Shown here in pieces: positions 12,430-25,400 of a stretch of DNA of 64,000 nt (within the stretch, counting starts at the first letter, position 1; each line of letters opens with the position of its first letter). The notes beneath the pieces were generated by a model. It did no database searches. It was not told the origin of the DNA and worked only from the letters and a program-made list of their open reading frames with translations. Location: contig OZ296648.1 in NCBI GenBank assembly GCA_965655095.1, forward strand, positions 123,008,001 through 123,072,000. Direction: 5' to 3'. The position numbers were made by a program, and so were the translations under genes. The DNA comes from Haplodiscus bocki. Its lineage: Eukaryota.

Positions 12430-12980
12430 TGTATTCTTGGTTATCTAATCGACTAATCAAAAGAGAACCAATTTTTTTTCCATTTTTCTTCACATAATTT
12501 TTTCTTCTTCCTCTTCAGTCATGGAATCCGTGTACCTTGTTAAAAATTTCCGCACTGTCATAGCGGTTTGCTTGGAGTGAAAAACATCACTGTTATGTTT
12601 TATCAAATGTGGCAACTCAGAAAACGTAGTCATAGACAAGTTTCATCACGAACGTTTAGGCCTAACACAGGTGAAAAATAAGCGACATGTTTGCCAAGTT
12701 ATGGTCTGAGTTATCATCAAGTACAGAGGGCCAATGTTAGTTGTTGTCATTTTTGACTATTTCCTCTTCAGTATCATAATCAAGGTGTTGATTGGGAAAA
12801 CCAGCCAGAACTTCTTTTTCTTCTGTTTGGGTTATCAAACTCAATTGATAGAGTTTGATTCATCATAAGTCTTGTTTTACCAAAAAAGACGAACATTGGA
12901 AATCTGGTGATTCCTAAAAATCTCGCCCATGTTGATTTTTCGTTTCAAATTCACTTCGGGAAAACTTTCTGTTCAAAACT
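12430..12980 (-). pseudogene. A32/FtsK-HerA-type packaging ATPase remnant
   Basis: Walker-B-like VLDD followed by a decayed FTRGRH motif (FTCVRP) near 12660-12725. Colinear with 26420-26950. Confidence 0.55.
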
Positions 12981-13179
12981 CGCTTTGCGTTTTGTGTTTT
13001 TGTTTTTCAAGATCATTTAGGTTACCTTTATTATTAATTTTACCATAATCTAGAGGAGTCAATCTGCCGTTCATACATTATTTGTTTTAAATATGGGTTT
13101 TTTCTGCTAAATACGTAAAATCAAGAGCAAAAGTTGTTGTATAAGTTCAAATAAGTAGTCCTTTTGACTTATGAAAAAG

Positions 13180-14300
13180 ATAAAGAACTCTATCAGAATT
13201 TTTGCTATCTAATCGTCATAAAGTTTCTTATGCAAATGCTATACCTTTTCTGATATCAAACGCACCAACTTAAAAACGACTACAATCAGCAACTGGTTGA
13301 GCTGTAATTTGTTTCTTTTATTACCAAAATCAAAACAATCAAAAAATAGAAATTCTTTTGAATGCAATTCAGTCTGTGAATGGCTTCATTACTGTAAGTG
13401 CAGTGTAACAAGTAAACTTCTCCTAGTCAAGACATGCCTCAGGAAAAGTATTCCATGGCAGATTAATGAATATACATTAATCAAGGCAAAGATCTTATCC
13501 AAATGTACAAATGGCGGATCATGCAGGCATCTAATTTAAAGTAAATCATCACACGTTTGTAAGTTAGTTTTTCCGTGATGCGAAAATCCCACAACAAACG
13601 AGAATGGTAACTTTCTTTTCTTGTTGCTTCTTAATTCGCATGTCGAAGCACCACTATTAATACTTCTTTTTCCAAAATCAGTACGTTAATCGGAACACAA
13701 AACTTTCAGAGCTTTTGATAGCATTAGATCTGCAGGAAATTGATGCTTGGCTGCTTGTCAAGAATTGCGATGTATTTCTCAATATAGCTTGAAATCCCTG
13801 GTGTACCAACTTCTGATGTTGCTGGAGTCGCAGTTCTTAAAATGACAACATTCATGCAATTACGTATTGAATAAGATGATATCCTTACCCATTTGTTAAT
13901 TTGGTCAGCACAGCCAAAAATATCGAACAATCGTATTCTATTGTGAAAAATTCCTCTGTGGCGTGCTTATTTCTTTTCGATAGATCTTAAGTTCTTGTTG
14001 GAAGACTTTTTTGAAATTCGTCAAGTAAATTAAATGTTCCAGCAGATGATGTCCATCAAAGATACTGGATTAGACTATCCACATTTTTCGAGATGTTTCT
14101 TCGAAACTTTGGTACTTTTTGCTTTGCTATAAAGGGAGCCACTGCTTCAACGTTTACTTAGCCAAACTTTTGACCAAAAGCATTGGCAGCAGCATTTTAC
14201 GATACTGCAAGGCTGAAAAGAAAGTAACTACCTTGTAGGTAAGTCTACCTCCACGACGGTTTTTTAATTCAATTTCACTGCTGACGTTGTTCGCTGTAAA
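13180..14300 (-). pseudogene. Major capsid protein (double jelly-roll/hexon-like) remnant
   Basis: ORF 13724-13930 FDIFGCADQINK...VVILRTA...SYIEKY resembles the recalled adintovirus MCP segment. Homologous to 27200-28330. Confidence 0.6.
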
Positions 14301-14499
14301 AAAACTGGTTGGAAATTATCAAGAGTTTTGATAAGTGAAGTTCGAAAGACAAAAGTTGGGTTTTTATATTGAACCTTCTCACAACAAGGAAACTAACGTT
14401 ACAGTGAAAAATCAAAATAAAAAAAACATATGTTTTTTTTGGATTTTCTAGCAAATCTACAAAAGACGAGTAAACCTGTAAACGTCTGCCTGTTCTATT

Positions 14500-17400
14500 T
14501 TTACTTCTTCTAAAGTGTTCTGACATTTTTTTCTAAGAACCTGAACTGTATTTGTTTGAAGGAGTACTTGTCCTGAATTTTTTTCCTTTTTTTCTTTCAA
14601 AATCCTACTGTTCCTTTAGTAGTAATTTCACCACCACAATCAACTCTCGCTCGTTTTGGTGCTCAAGTTTGTCCAATTTCGGTCCGGCTGAAAGTTACTT
14701 TTGTAATTGTTGATCCCAAAATAAAGAGAATCAACTGTATTGAAGAATTTGTAGTTTTCTACGTACTGTATGATTCTTTAAAAATCCTAAGTTCTCATAT
14801 ATCTCATCTTCAAAGTATATTGAGGTTGTTTATTGAAATTTTGAAAGGAATAACGTGCTTTATTTCACAATTTGCAATCTCTTTCATCTCCTCAGAATCA
14901 GTATTGAGATTCAGGTTGACTTTTTATTCTTTTAATTTTCAAGTAATTTCATCATTTGTTAATTTCATTCCATGTTTAATGTCAATCATGTACGGTTTTT
15001 CTTATTTTCTTAGTCCTTGTTTGATATTTTTCAATGGGTAGTTCGGAATCAGGGACTGTTAAACAACGAAGAAACTCATGTGTTTTAATATCACCTCCAT
15101 GATTTTTCAAAAGATCTCCAGCATTAGAACCCCAAAACGGTTCACTTTTCCGATCGTTATCTGAAAAAAGTCAAATAGTCAAGTGTCATTTGAAAATTTT
15201 ATTATATACCTCTTGATTTCAAATGTGGATGAATATTTGCGAGTAGCGTCAATCGCAGAGTCGCGAGTGGCGTTGAATTTCTGGTGTATAATTTTCTGAA
15301 CAAGTTACTGTCTCAGAAAGTTTCAAAAGAATCTTCTTTGAGGGATCACTTGACTTGGGCTTTGAAAAAACAGTTACAAAATTCATCGAACCTTTTCCCG
15401 TTCTTTCCAGCTTTGTGTGTGCTAAATTCTGACAACTTCCATGGTTTTCCACGAAAATCTCAATCAATCTTGTGCGTAACAATTCTCCATGATGATCAAA
15501 CTTATTCATTAAGTTTTCTTTCGCTAGAAAAAATTGTCATACAAGAGTTTATCAAAAAAGGAACTTCCATTCTTTCCATAAAAACATCCACTTTTGAATT
15601 ATCACATACATTCTCCTTTTATTTTTTGCTCTCTTAGTTTGCCATCACTTGTTTCCCTCAAGTTCTCCAATTTTCTTTCGTGCAGTCTTTTTCGGCAGTT
15701 ACTGTAAAATGTCACCCGGCATCAACTTACAGACTTTCTTAAAAGCCGGCACCACCGTAAAAAATCTTTTCCTCTTTTATCTGGCAGTTTTAATCATTGG
15801 AATTCTTTCGTCAAACTTGGTAATGTATAGTCTTTTACAAATCTTTCATTGGATGCAAGGCGTTTTGCTGACTCCATTAGTATTTCACTCAATATGTTCT
15901 TGATATTGTTATCGGAGTAGTTTTGATCAAACGTTTTCTAGAAACTTGGTGTTATAGTTTTCAGAGGTTCACTGTGCGTCAAAGTGTCACGTTTTCCATG
16001 CGATTGGGTCAAGAGGCTGCTTTTGGAGTTTTTTGAAGATTCACGATTGCTTTGCGAATAATTTCTGTAGGAACGTTTTTTCTTAAATAGGCTCTCTTTC
16101 TTCATCTCAGTTCAACAACTTGCTTTCTGTTGAATCAGAAAAACTTATTTGGTTCGTGCGCCCTTTTTGCGGTAATTTTTTTAACTCAAAAAATTTGAAA
16201 AAATATATGACTTATTGTGTTGCAGCAAAACATTCCCATCTATATATGATGTTCAATGGATTGTTTCTGAAACAAAACAGTTATTCACTGAAACTTTAAA
16301 TTTAATTTTCTAAATGAGAAAAAATAATAGCTTTAGATACATACTAACTTGTTCATTTTTGTCATCTATAATGCCGTCAAAAATTTCATTACACTTTCGA
16401 AAAAGTTTGTTTTCAAGTTCATAAAAATTGGTGAAACTTTAAGTTTTAAAAACTATAAATTTTTAGGAACAAATCACTTTTTTTACCACACTTTGCAAAA
16501 ACTGGGTGCGTAAGTTTTTTCACAAAAAAAGATAGTCACTAAATTCAACATTTTTAACTCATTCAGGCCCTTGTACATTATGTTAAACAACTATATTTCA
16601 ATCTGAAAAAAAGGCAAAAAATAGAGAACTGTTTTGATTATAAATCTTACGTTAGATTTTGGCTAAAATATTTGACGGTTCCCTGACTGTTAAATGTCGC
16701 TTTATATGTCTATTCTGCCTAACTTCTGGATGAAAGACCCTAAATTGGCTTTACCGCCCAGAATGTTTTACAGAGTTGGCCACTAAGAGCCTGTTTTTCA
16801 TTTTTGTTGTTTTTAAAAACTTTTTTCTATAGATTTCACAAAGAGTTGTTCACAAATAAACAATCTGGTGAATTCCGTTTTTTCTGAAAACATTTCTCGC
16901 AAAAATTTTTGTTCTATACTTAGTGCTTCCAAACCTAAAATAGTTTATGTTGTAATTAGTTGCGGGTTTCTTTTTTCAGATCCCATTTCAAAAAACACTT
17001 CTGATTTACCTGCAGATTGAATTACTCAATTAAAAAGAAACTCGTAGTAAATATGCTTCACTCTTAGAACAACGTTTTTTTCGACAAAACTTTGCGACAA
17101 TCTTAAAAGAGACAAAGTTTATCGAAGTTTTATTTTAATTTTATCAAGATTTTATGTTTAAACTTCATTGGAGACATTCTCCGTTGTTTCCATACCTTTC
17201 TGTTCTACCTGACTTTACTTGAACTCCTGTTGGAGATTTTGCTTTTTCTGAAAAAATTGACTAATTCGTGTTTCTGAAAACTGTCCAGTTTAATAAAGAC
17301 TTCAGAACTATTCCATTCTGTTCCGTAAATTTGCTGAGCGTCTGGGTCAGGAGTCTCCTACAGTTACGGTGACCTTTTCATTCCTTAGATTACAAAGATT

Positions 17401-17750
17401 GCATTCAGTATCTCACCTGTTCCTGGTAAACGCAATACTTTTTTGTCTGTACTAAGTTGTTCTACTAAAACATTTACTACAAACATCGCAAAACTGAGAG
17501 TTCAGGCGATTTTCAAATAAGTTAGAAACCACGAGCTAAATTTCCAAAAACTGCTGTCGTCTTTATTTATGGTACAACACTTTATCAGAACTGATTACAA
17601 CTACAAAAGACAAATCAGTGCATTTTACAAATTTAAATTCATCCGCGTCCTCGTTTTTGATAACACGGGCAAAGCGCCGCCGATATGAGATCAGTTCTGC
17701 AAACAAAGGAAGTTTAAGGGTTATCACGCAATTTAGTTGTCTTCAAATGG
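14500..17750 (-). pseudogene. Protein-primed DNA polymerase B remnant
   Basis: Decayed motif A (~16010), motif B region (ORF 15249-15509 KILLKLSET), RYIIKFSND and GVLMLEIF*KIM (~15130-15200), and motif C-like VPDSELP (~15050), in the expected order. Confidence 0.55.
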
Positions 17751-17869
17751 TTTTTTTACTAATTTCTTGTCCAAACTCGATTTTGAGTTTTTCCTTGATC
17801 CTGTGGGGTGCAGATCAACAAACTTGAGGCCTATTTTGCAAAACACGAACAAGTGAGGGTAAACCACGC

Positions 17870-18420
17870 TTTTTACATGATTTTATAGGAGGAAAAAATT
17901 GTGAAAAGTTGAAGGTAGCGGAATATTTTATCTTTTGGGGTGATTGTTGCTGGTTGGGAAATAGTAGCGGAAATCCACAACTTCAAAGTGAGAGCTTTCA
18001 CGTTTCTGGTGGAGTTTTGAAAGGAGTATGGGAGTATGGAACCAAATTTGAAATCTCTACAATTTAACAAACTGACGTCAAAAGCCGATAATCGAAATTT
18101 CAATAATTTATGACTTCAAAACTTTGAAGTTTCTGCTGGATATTTGAAGGGCGGATAATCGAGACTTCCAGATATTCCAAAGCACAGCTTTAAAAAACAT
18201 TAGAGTAACAGCGGAAAATCGAGACTGAGGTTTTGATGAGTGAAAAAGCAAAAAAAAATGTTTTCATCTGAATGTCTTTCTTCAGTCGACTACTTTCATG
18301 GCTTCCTCACTCCGGTAGACAACTCCATTTAATTTTTTTGCCTTTTATGCAAAATTTCAATCAGACAACACAAGTTTCTGGGAAAAGCCAGGATGTGGAG
18401 CTATAAAATAGTAATTGTAT
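17870..18420. repeat. Unclassified interspersed repeat
   Basis: Homologous to 32010-32580 (e.g. tttccacgttt / tttcacgttt; cagataatcgaaa / ccgataatcgaaa). No recognisable coding content. Confidence 0.55.
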
Positions 18421-18429
18421 TTTTCAAAA

Positions 18430-19600
18430 TCTAACTGGGCTCGAAATTGAGTGAAGTCTCTGGTGTTTGAGAAACTGTTGTAGATTTGTTGGTATTGCTG
18501 TCAAATTTTGTAGAGTTTTTCTTTAATTCAGCCCCTTTCAGTGTTTCTATTGTTGATCCCAAGACCATCAACGTGTGGTGAGGGGAATTCTTTTCTTTGA
18601 AGACATTATTTGAAGGCTTCGAAAAACAATTAGGCATTAGTTCGATTTTCTACTGCTCTTCCCAAATCTGATATTTTCGGTCAATGAGTATTCAAACAGC
18701 CACCCTTCTGAATTTTTAGTCTTGCGGATTTTATTTGTATCAATAGTTTACTGCCATTGTAATTTTTTGCCTTCACAGTCATGTGTATATTAGATGTCGT
18801 CGGCTCGATAAAAAATTTAATTTTTTAAGAGATTTAACCCTGCTTCAAACTGTATGAGGACACTGCCCATTGCGTTTTAAAAAGATTTTGGTTTTGCTAG
18901 AATGTGTCAGATCTTTTCTTGAAGATTTTGTCAGTCTTCTCAAATCATAACTGATTGGCTCCATCGAAATCATACAATTTGCGGATTTAAGGTTTAACTG
19001 AAGAGGAGCAACTATATTAGGTTCCATTAAAATTGCACACTAACAAGCTCAATTTACTTTCTCGGCTGGTTTGGTTTTTTACTGTATGTTCTTTTTCATG
19101 CAATGCATCGCCAGTTCAAAATCAGACCCGGCGCATGATGGTAACTTCGGATCAAATGACCGTAAGTGGTTGCACTTTCTTCTGCTCTTAGTTGTCTTGT
19201 CATCAAATGAATTCCAAGTAACAACAGATACTGATTTCCACTGGAGACATTCTATTTTTTGGAGTTTATCCAAATGTTGATCTCTGACGACCACGATTGG
19301 TTTGAATGATATCTTTTGTTCGTCCAGCTTTTGAGAGAAAATGCGAAACATGATATTTGTTATGTCTGTGAAGAGAAATCGTAGGTCCACATAATCATAA
19401 CAGAAGCACATGAAACGAAATGTATCACACTCAATGCATCGGGTTATGATGCTTAGATTACTTTCAACTAGCTGCAGATTACCAAAGATACAATACCTAC
19501 ACAAGGTTTGACTTCTGTGATAGTGTTTTCTCGATTCTGAAAAACTAAAGTTGAAAACGGAAAACGGCACTATGAAAAACCAATTTCCGGCAAGAATCAC
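18430..19600 (-). mobile_element. Fragment of the env-bearing Gypsy family: env 3' end, LTR and ORF1 5' end
   Basis: Colinear homology to 32590-33650. The part 18430-19039 also matches 59400-60028. Confidence 0.7.
18758..19039 (-). repeat. Gypsy LTR (~280 bp)
   Basis: TGTAATTTT...AAAATTGCACA termini. Followed on the minus strand by TGGCAG (PBS-like). Homologous to 32908-33179 and 59758-60028. Confidence 0.6.
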
Positions 19601-19619
19601 TTACTGCGATCCCAAAGAA

Positions 19620-21440
19620 AAATAGGAAGACATGGAGTACAGGAAGAATTTTGAAAACAAAAAAGGAACAAGGGAAAATGCATGGAGATAGTTGGGATGA
19701 TTAAAAAAAATCAAATGGAACTATGTACAAAAATGATTGCCTTGCGTCTATCTTCTATTTGCACAAAACACTCGAAGATATGTAAATAAAATTGGGTTTG
19801 GAGTATATGATTAATTATCTCTACTTTCCCTAGGATAGAACATTTCCAAATATAACAAGATGGAATTGTCAGATAAGATCGGGACGGAGCTATCGACACA
19901 TATACTGAAAAATTCTGACAATTCCTTACTGAGTATACGATCTGGTGATTTGGGAAATTTTACTCAATATAAAAAAACGAAACTTCAAAACAAGTAGCTG
20001 AGATCATTCAAAAAGAACTAAGTTTTGTCGTCGGAGAAAAATGTGATATCAAAAGAAAATTCTCCGAAACATTCAAAACAATAGCAGAAGAAAAAAAGGA
20101 ATGTGAAAATAAATTTGTTGGCAACTGCTACAACTCAAAATTTGAAATTGAAATGTAAATTAACAAAAAACGATCGGAATCAACCATTGAGGAAAACTAA
20201 AAAGAGTGAATCGTGACGACTTTCTATTGGCAATTGACGCTGTTTTCCAGTATTCTTCAGCAGTGGTTGAGTTATATTCAATGCAACCTACAACTGAAAT
20301 TAATTCTCTTCACACGAATGAAATGATGGTTTAGTTGGTGAGAATATTTGATAGCGAAACGTTTGCAGTTGAAAATGACTCGAATGTAACTTCTCAGTCG
20401 GGAATACCTGAAACAGTTTACTATTACCCAGAAAATACTTCAGTACAACTTGTATCTGTTGAGGGTGAAACTGAAAGAAAGAGGGGAAGAGATTAAAAAG
20501 ATAAGCATAATCGATACCATAAAAATCAGTTTTTGTCCAAAAGATTGTGAGGAATGGTGGAACAGTAGTGGTGACCTATGAAAAACTTTTTGAATAGAAA
20601 ATCTCAAGGCTCTACTTTTTAGGTTTGCAAAAAAGTTGTTCCCTCTTTGAAAAAAAAGGTGGAAAGAAAAACTAGAAAAACTGATAAAAAAAACTTACGA
20701 AACGTTTGTTTGATCAAAAGTTTACGATAGATATAGACATCAAGCATGAACAAAAAAAAGATTGGATAAGAGAAGATCATGGTGAAATGCTTTAGAAATA
20801 ATTGAAATTGGGAATTGGAGGCTGTTTTGCAAAACTTGAAAGAGGCGATAGAACTGATGATGAAAAAACTTCAAAAAACGAAAGAATGCCTTCAAATCAA
20901 GGAGCCGTTGAAAAAGCAAAAGAAGAACAATTATTGAATTTTGTGAAAATTGTGATGGCTGGATGCAAAATTAACAGTACTTTACTACAAAAGTTCAGAT
21001 TTCTTTCATTGATGTCAAACTTTCGGATCAATTAAAGGAGGCAGAACAGGATACGTAGGGGAAGTTCTAGGACAAAAAAACTATGATTCAGAAGTTTGTG
21101 ATATTCTAAAAGCTTTGTTTTCAACGACTTTATTTTGAAGACTGTCTAATGGTTGTTTTGCATGGAAGTATGGACGAAAAAAACAACCGAAGATTTGTAA
21201 GAGGTTGCCAAAGTACTGTTTAGAGAACATGTTTTGACTTGCAATGTGGACTATTAAAAACAAAAAATAACATAAAATTGGAAAAAACTACTTTCAAGCG
21301 GAGTTGTCAAACCATTAAAAGCAGGACTTTGTAAAGATTGTGCCCTTTTTCTTGCGAAATCATGTGATGAAAACAGATATGAAAAGTTGTAAACTGGAGA
21401 AATTCAAGGTTAAAAGAAAGAAATGAGAACCACCAGAAAA
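19620..21440 (+). pseudogene. Protein-primed DNA polymerase B remnant (plus strand, C-terminal part best supported)
   Basis: ORF 20802-21035 KLGIGGCFAKLERGDRTDDEKTSKNERMPSNQGAV..QLLNFVK, then GYVGEVLGQKNYD and WKKLLSSGVVKPLKAGLCKDC. This follows the recalled pPolB tail and matches 850-1385. The 5' limit is uncertain. Confidence 0.6.
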
Positions 21441-21464
21441 ATGTCATCCAGTACTTTTTTAGTT

Positions 21465-22195
21465 AACAAACTGTTCAACAAAAATGTTGCCTCCTTAATT
21501 TTTTTTAAAGGTTGAAGAAAAATTGTCTCTACCTAAAAAGATAAGTGTGAACTCAACTGACGGAGATTAAATCACGTTTACCTGAATAGAAACTTTTCCA
21601 TCAAGTGGCGGAAGCGAAGTGAGTTTCCTTCAGTACTTATCACTCTAGATGAAATTATCTTCAAACTGTCTGAATGATTGAAAAAAATTAATATGGTTGA
21701 AACGAACTTGGTAGTTCGGAGAGTGACGTTCGCTCCGCGATAGGTTCAAAGAAGCAACATTTTCTTAAGAGAAAACTTTGCCAATCTCCAGAAATACAAT
21801 TACAGTAACAACACCTACAATGTTTCTTATATTGATGACAACTCGAGTATGGAATTAATATACCTAATAGACTACGGACCAACAAAAACAAAGGTTTAAA
21901 AAACATTGATAGTTTTTGATAACTTTATTTGATTGCCAAGCAAAAATCTGTGAAACGAAACACTCAATGAAGAAGGAATTTCATCGAAAAACTCCTTACT
22001 TCATTGAAAAAAAAACAGAAATTAAATGAAAATGATGATAGAAGACAAAATGTAAAAAAACGATCAACGATTTTGTGGAGCTCAAGAAAATTCCAAGATA
22101 CCGTCGTTACACAACCAAGGGAGCTGTTTTTGCTGAATGGTATAAAAAAAGCCTTTAAACATCCTTTGGATAAAAAATTGCCGATATTGAAAAAG
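21465..22195 (+). pseudogene. Third, truncated copy of the Polinton intergenic region plus integrase 5' half
   Basis: DNA homology to 8612-9350 (gcgaagtgag, tattgatgacaactcgagtatggaattaa, cgtcgttacacaaccaa). Confidence 0.75.
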
Positions 22196-22528
22196 TGAGA
22201 TTTCTCGATACGTTCGAACTTCGGGTCTTTTTTTTGGAAAAAGACTTGGGTTCTTCGAAGAAGTTTGAATTTTGTTCAAGTCATCTGAAGCTTGCAACTT
22301 TGCTGTAGAATGCGTCATAAATTGTTTTTATTCTCAAAAATGTCTTCGACATTATTTAAAGGTTTTTTTTACAAAAAAGCAGGAAAATTTGACGTGAGGA
22401 AAGTTAGAAAATATGATGAAGAAAGCGTGCTTTCTCCAGAAGAAAAACTAGTTTTAATGTTTTCCAAAGCCTATTTTACAAAAAAGAACAGGCGCAAAAT
22501 GTGTTGGTGGTTGCCGGCCGTCTTTTTG
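22195..22528 (+). mobile_element. 3' end of the Helitron-like repeat
   Basis: Homologous to 8300-8608. Ends ggtggttgccggccgtctttttg. Confidence 0.5.
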
Positions 22529-22839
22529 TTTAATCAATTGACGGAGAAAAAATTCGCTCCTTCAAAACCAGTCGCCAAAGGGGACCTCAGTATTCTCTTA
22601 GGGTTGTTGAAAACTTGTATACAACTAAATAAAGAAATTTTACTCAACTAAAACAGATGAAAATGTTTTTAAATAAATAGAAGCATTTCTAACGTTCCAC
22701 TGAAACGAACTGAGCTTTCTTTGGTATTGGTATATCTAAATGAAACTTTTTTCAAACTGTCAGATTGACTAAAAAAGCTTCGGCAAAACGAACTCGGTGG
22801 CTTTGAAAGCTGCGTTTGCTCTGCTCTGGCATCGAAAAG

Positions 22840-23680
22840 GCAAGGTTTCTGAAAATAAGAGTCATTCTAACCCTCCGAAACACAAAACTGTTACCGAATA
22901 AAACGTTGTTAAATATTTTGATGACACCTGGAATTCAGATTTGTTGCATCTAGGGACCTAGTAGACTACAGCTCAAAAAAATCAGGGTTGAAAAAATTGT
23001 ATGTTAGTATCCGACTTTTCAAAAAAATTGGCGGAAACGTTTTATCAAAAATTTCAAAGATTAAACAACCAAACAAGAAAAGAGTTATTCGAAAAGATCC
23101 TTACTTCCTCAAAAAGGAAACATTTTTTTGTTGACGGCGAATATGAAAGAAATGTGAGAACAAAACGTTCAACGATTCTGTGGAGCTGAAAAAGTTAAGA
23201 GATAGAGTCTTTAAACATCCTAGACAGCCCTGTTGTTGCTGAATGACTATTGGAAACCATTGGTATTCTACATAAAAAACAACTTTTAAAAAAAAACGTT
23301 GTAAGTCGATAGACGAGGTCAATCCAGAAAAAATCCAAAAACATTACAGTAAAATCTTTAGCCAAATTAACATCAATCTAAATAACTGTGAAAATAGAAG
23401 TAACAACACGTTTACAAAAAAAGTTAGATGAAACGAAGAAAGAAGGTACCGAAGTTTCAATTGAACCGTTTATTCAGGACTGCAGACATACGAAATGTTT
23501 TCTCAAGGCTGATGCGAGAAGCTAGAGCTACCATTTTTATTTCATTACACAATGTTTTGTTTATACTATTCCAAACTATCGGCTATTTTTTTCTGCAGAC
23601 AAAAACTGAGGTTTTGCGAAGGAGGACAGAACTAACAAAGAAAACATTAACGTCATGAAAAAACTTAGCCGAAAATCGTA
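22840..23680 (+). pseudogene. Polinton-type integrase remnant
   Basis: ORF 23001-23189 (LVSDFSK..QTRKELFEKILTSSKRK) and ORF 23428-23658 (KRRKKVPKFQLNRLFRTADIRNVFS..LRRRTELT). Confidence 0.78.
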
Positions 23681-23754
23681 AAAGCAATCGTTTCTGGAAA
23701 ATTCTTTAAAAAACTCTCTAACACTCACAATTGTAACTAATAACAAAAGTTACA

Positions 23755-24900
23755 ACATGAGCCGAGCGAACAAACGCTGTATTTGGGGATATATATGGGA
23801 GAAGAAAATTTTTCCATTGAATAGTTTAGAACTCTACATTTTAGAAAAGTAGTTTTGGGTAATTCTTGTTTTACCTCCACCAGACAAAATGAAATCTTTC
23901 TGCTAGTGAACTCATTGCATGAAGAAGAAGGGAATGAACAAAAAAATCACAATAAATATTACTTTTTCGGATGGTAGAGCACGGAGTTTTTCTTTTGATA
24001 CAAATAAAAACGATCCAGAAAGGAGTTACTTTTTCAAAAGTTCGTATAACTGTTTAGAAATGTGGCAAGAAGAAATGAAAACAAATATGTTTTTTCCATG
24101 TTACTACGAAAAATAGCTTACAAACTTTAAAAATTTCAAACGTTTCTTCAATCACAATGCTCCAAAGCATACCCAAAAATTGGGAATAGATATAGCTACT
24201 AGATACGGAAGTGAGGAAAAAACAACAGGCGAATATGGATTGGAAAAGCTGTATACAGCTTATCACATTTGCTTTGAAAATTTCCTCTAAAAAAGTCAAA
24301 ACGTTGAAAAGCTATGAAGTTTGGCCGTTAACTTAATCATGATGTACAAGATTTGTAGTTTTTATTGCAACCAGCTGTTGATGAAATCGAGTTTTTTTGA
24401 GGTTCTTAATTTTTGATCGCGAAACTATAAAGTACGAATCACTTCCAAGTGTAATTGAATTGAACGTCTTTGCCAAATAACCTAGGGCAGTCACTTGTTC
24501 GAACAATTGAAAAGTGTTCCGGAGGAAACAATTTAGAAAACACCTCAGGGAATACTTTTCACTTCCATTTGATTAAGTTTTTAGGCTGTGCTAAGAAAAC
24601 AATCCTCCTGGAAAGCATTCAGGTGGGAAACCTATTGAAACAACAAACCACAAAGTTTATAAAATAAGTGATTTCTCGGATGGATCAAATGCCAATAGCA
24701 CGCATAAGAGTATGTGTTTTTTCAACCTTACCCCTCCACCAGGTTCCAGAGTTTGTAAAGAAAATTCTTCCAATCTTTTTTCAAAAAAGTTAACACTGAA
24801 ACACTGGGTGATAATTATTTTTAAAAGGAAACTGATCACAAAAATTACGTTACCTTCCATGGGGAAATTTTAAAGTTCACAGTGAAGTTGATGAAAACAA
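23755..24900 (+). pseudogene. Minor capsid (penton-like) remnant
   Basis: DNA homology to 9830-10901 (ggaaagcattcaggtgg; gatggatc; ttcacagtga). Confidence 0.55.
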
Positions 24901-25019
24901 AAACTCAAAAACAAACTACCATAGTTATTCAAACAGAAAACAATGTGAATACTTTTGTATTAAAGTTTTTGCTTTAACTGGTTCATATAATGTAAACCAC
25001 TAGTCAAGACAAACTCAAA

Positions 25020-25400
25020 AGTGATTCTTTTTGCTTTAGAGGAAAGCAATAATCACCAAGAAATGAAATTGTTTCCGGCGCAACAACTGAAAAACCTGAC
25101 GAAAAAATTCTGTTTTTCAGTGGTGATTGTACTGTAGGCAAAAACTAAGATAATTTCAGATCATACAGGTGACGCTGAAAGATTTGATTTTTTCGCAAAT
25201 TTGGGAGACAGTGCGACTAAACAGCGAAGAACCTAGCCAATATGTTAAAAACAGCTAAAGTTCCCAGCGGACTGTTAGAATTGGCCACAGATATAACAAC
25301 TGCTGCTGCGAATAATAACTCTGAAGGTCAGGTTGCAACTCCTCCTTCTGTTGTAAATAACTGCATCATCGAAAAGCAATAATCCTCGGGAAATAGGATC
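25020..25400 (+). pseudogene. Protein VI-like amphipathic-helix protein remnant
   Basis: DAERFDFFANLGDSATK...PSGLLELATDITTAAANNNSEGQVATPPSVVN. Confidence 0.5.

Larger units (their letters stand above)
8612..17800. mobile_element. Degenerate Polinton/Maverick (adintovirus-like) endogenous viral element, copy A
   Basis: Colinear remnants of integrase, penton-like, protein-VI-like, DPxEL ORF, packaging ATPase, major capsid and pPolB. No TIR identified. Confidence 0.75.

Noticed and set aside
14740-15500. Possible intein or insertion in pPolB (a second DTDS-like string, NTVDSLYF, near 14740)
   Set aside because: Motifs B and C can be placed contiguously at ~15300-15050 without an insertion, and the sequence is too decayed to support an intein.
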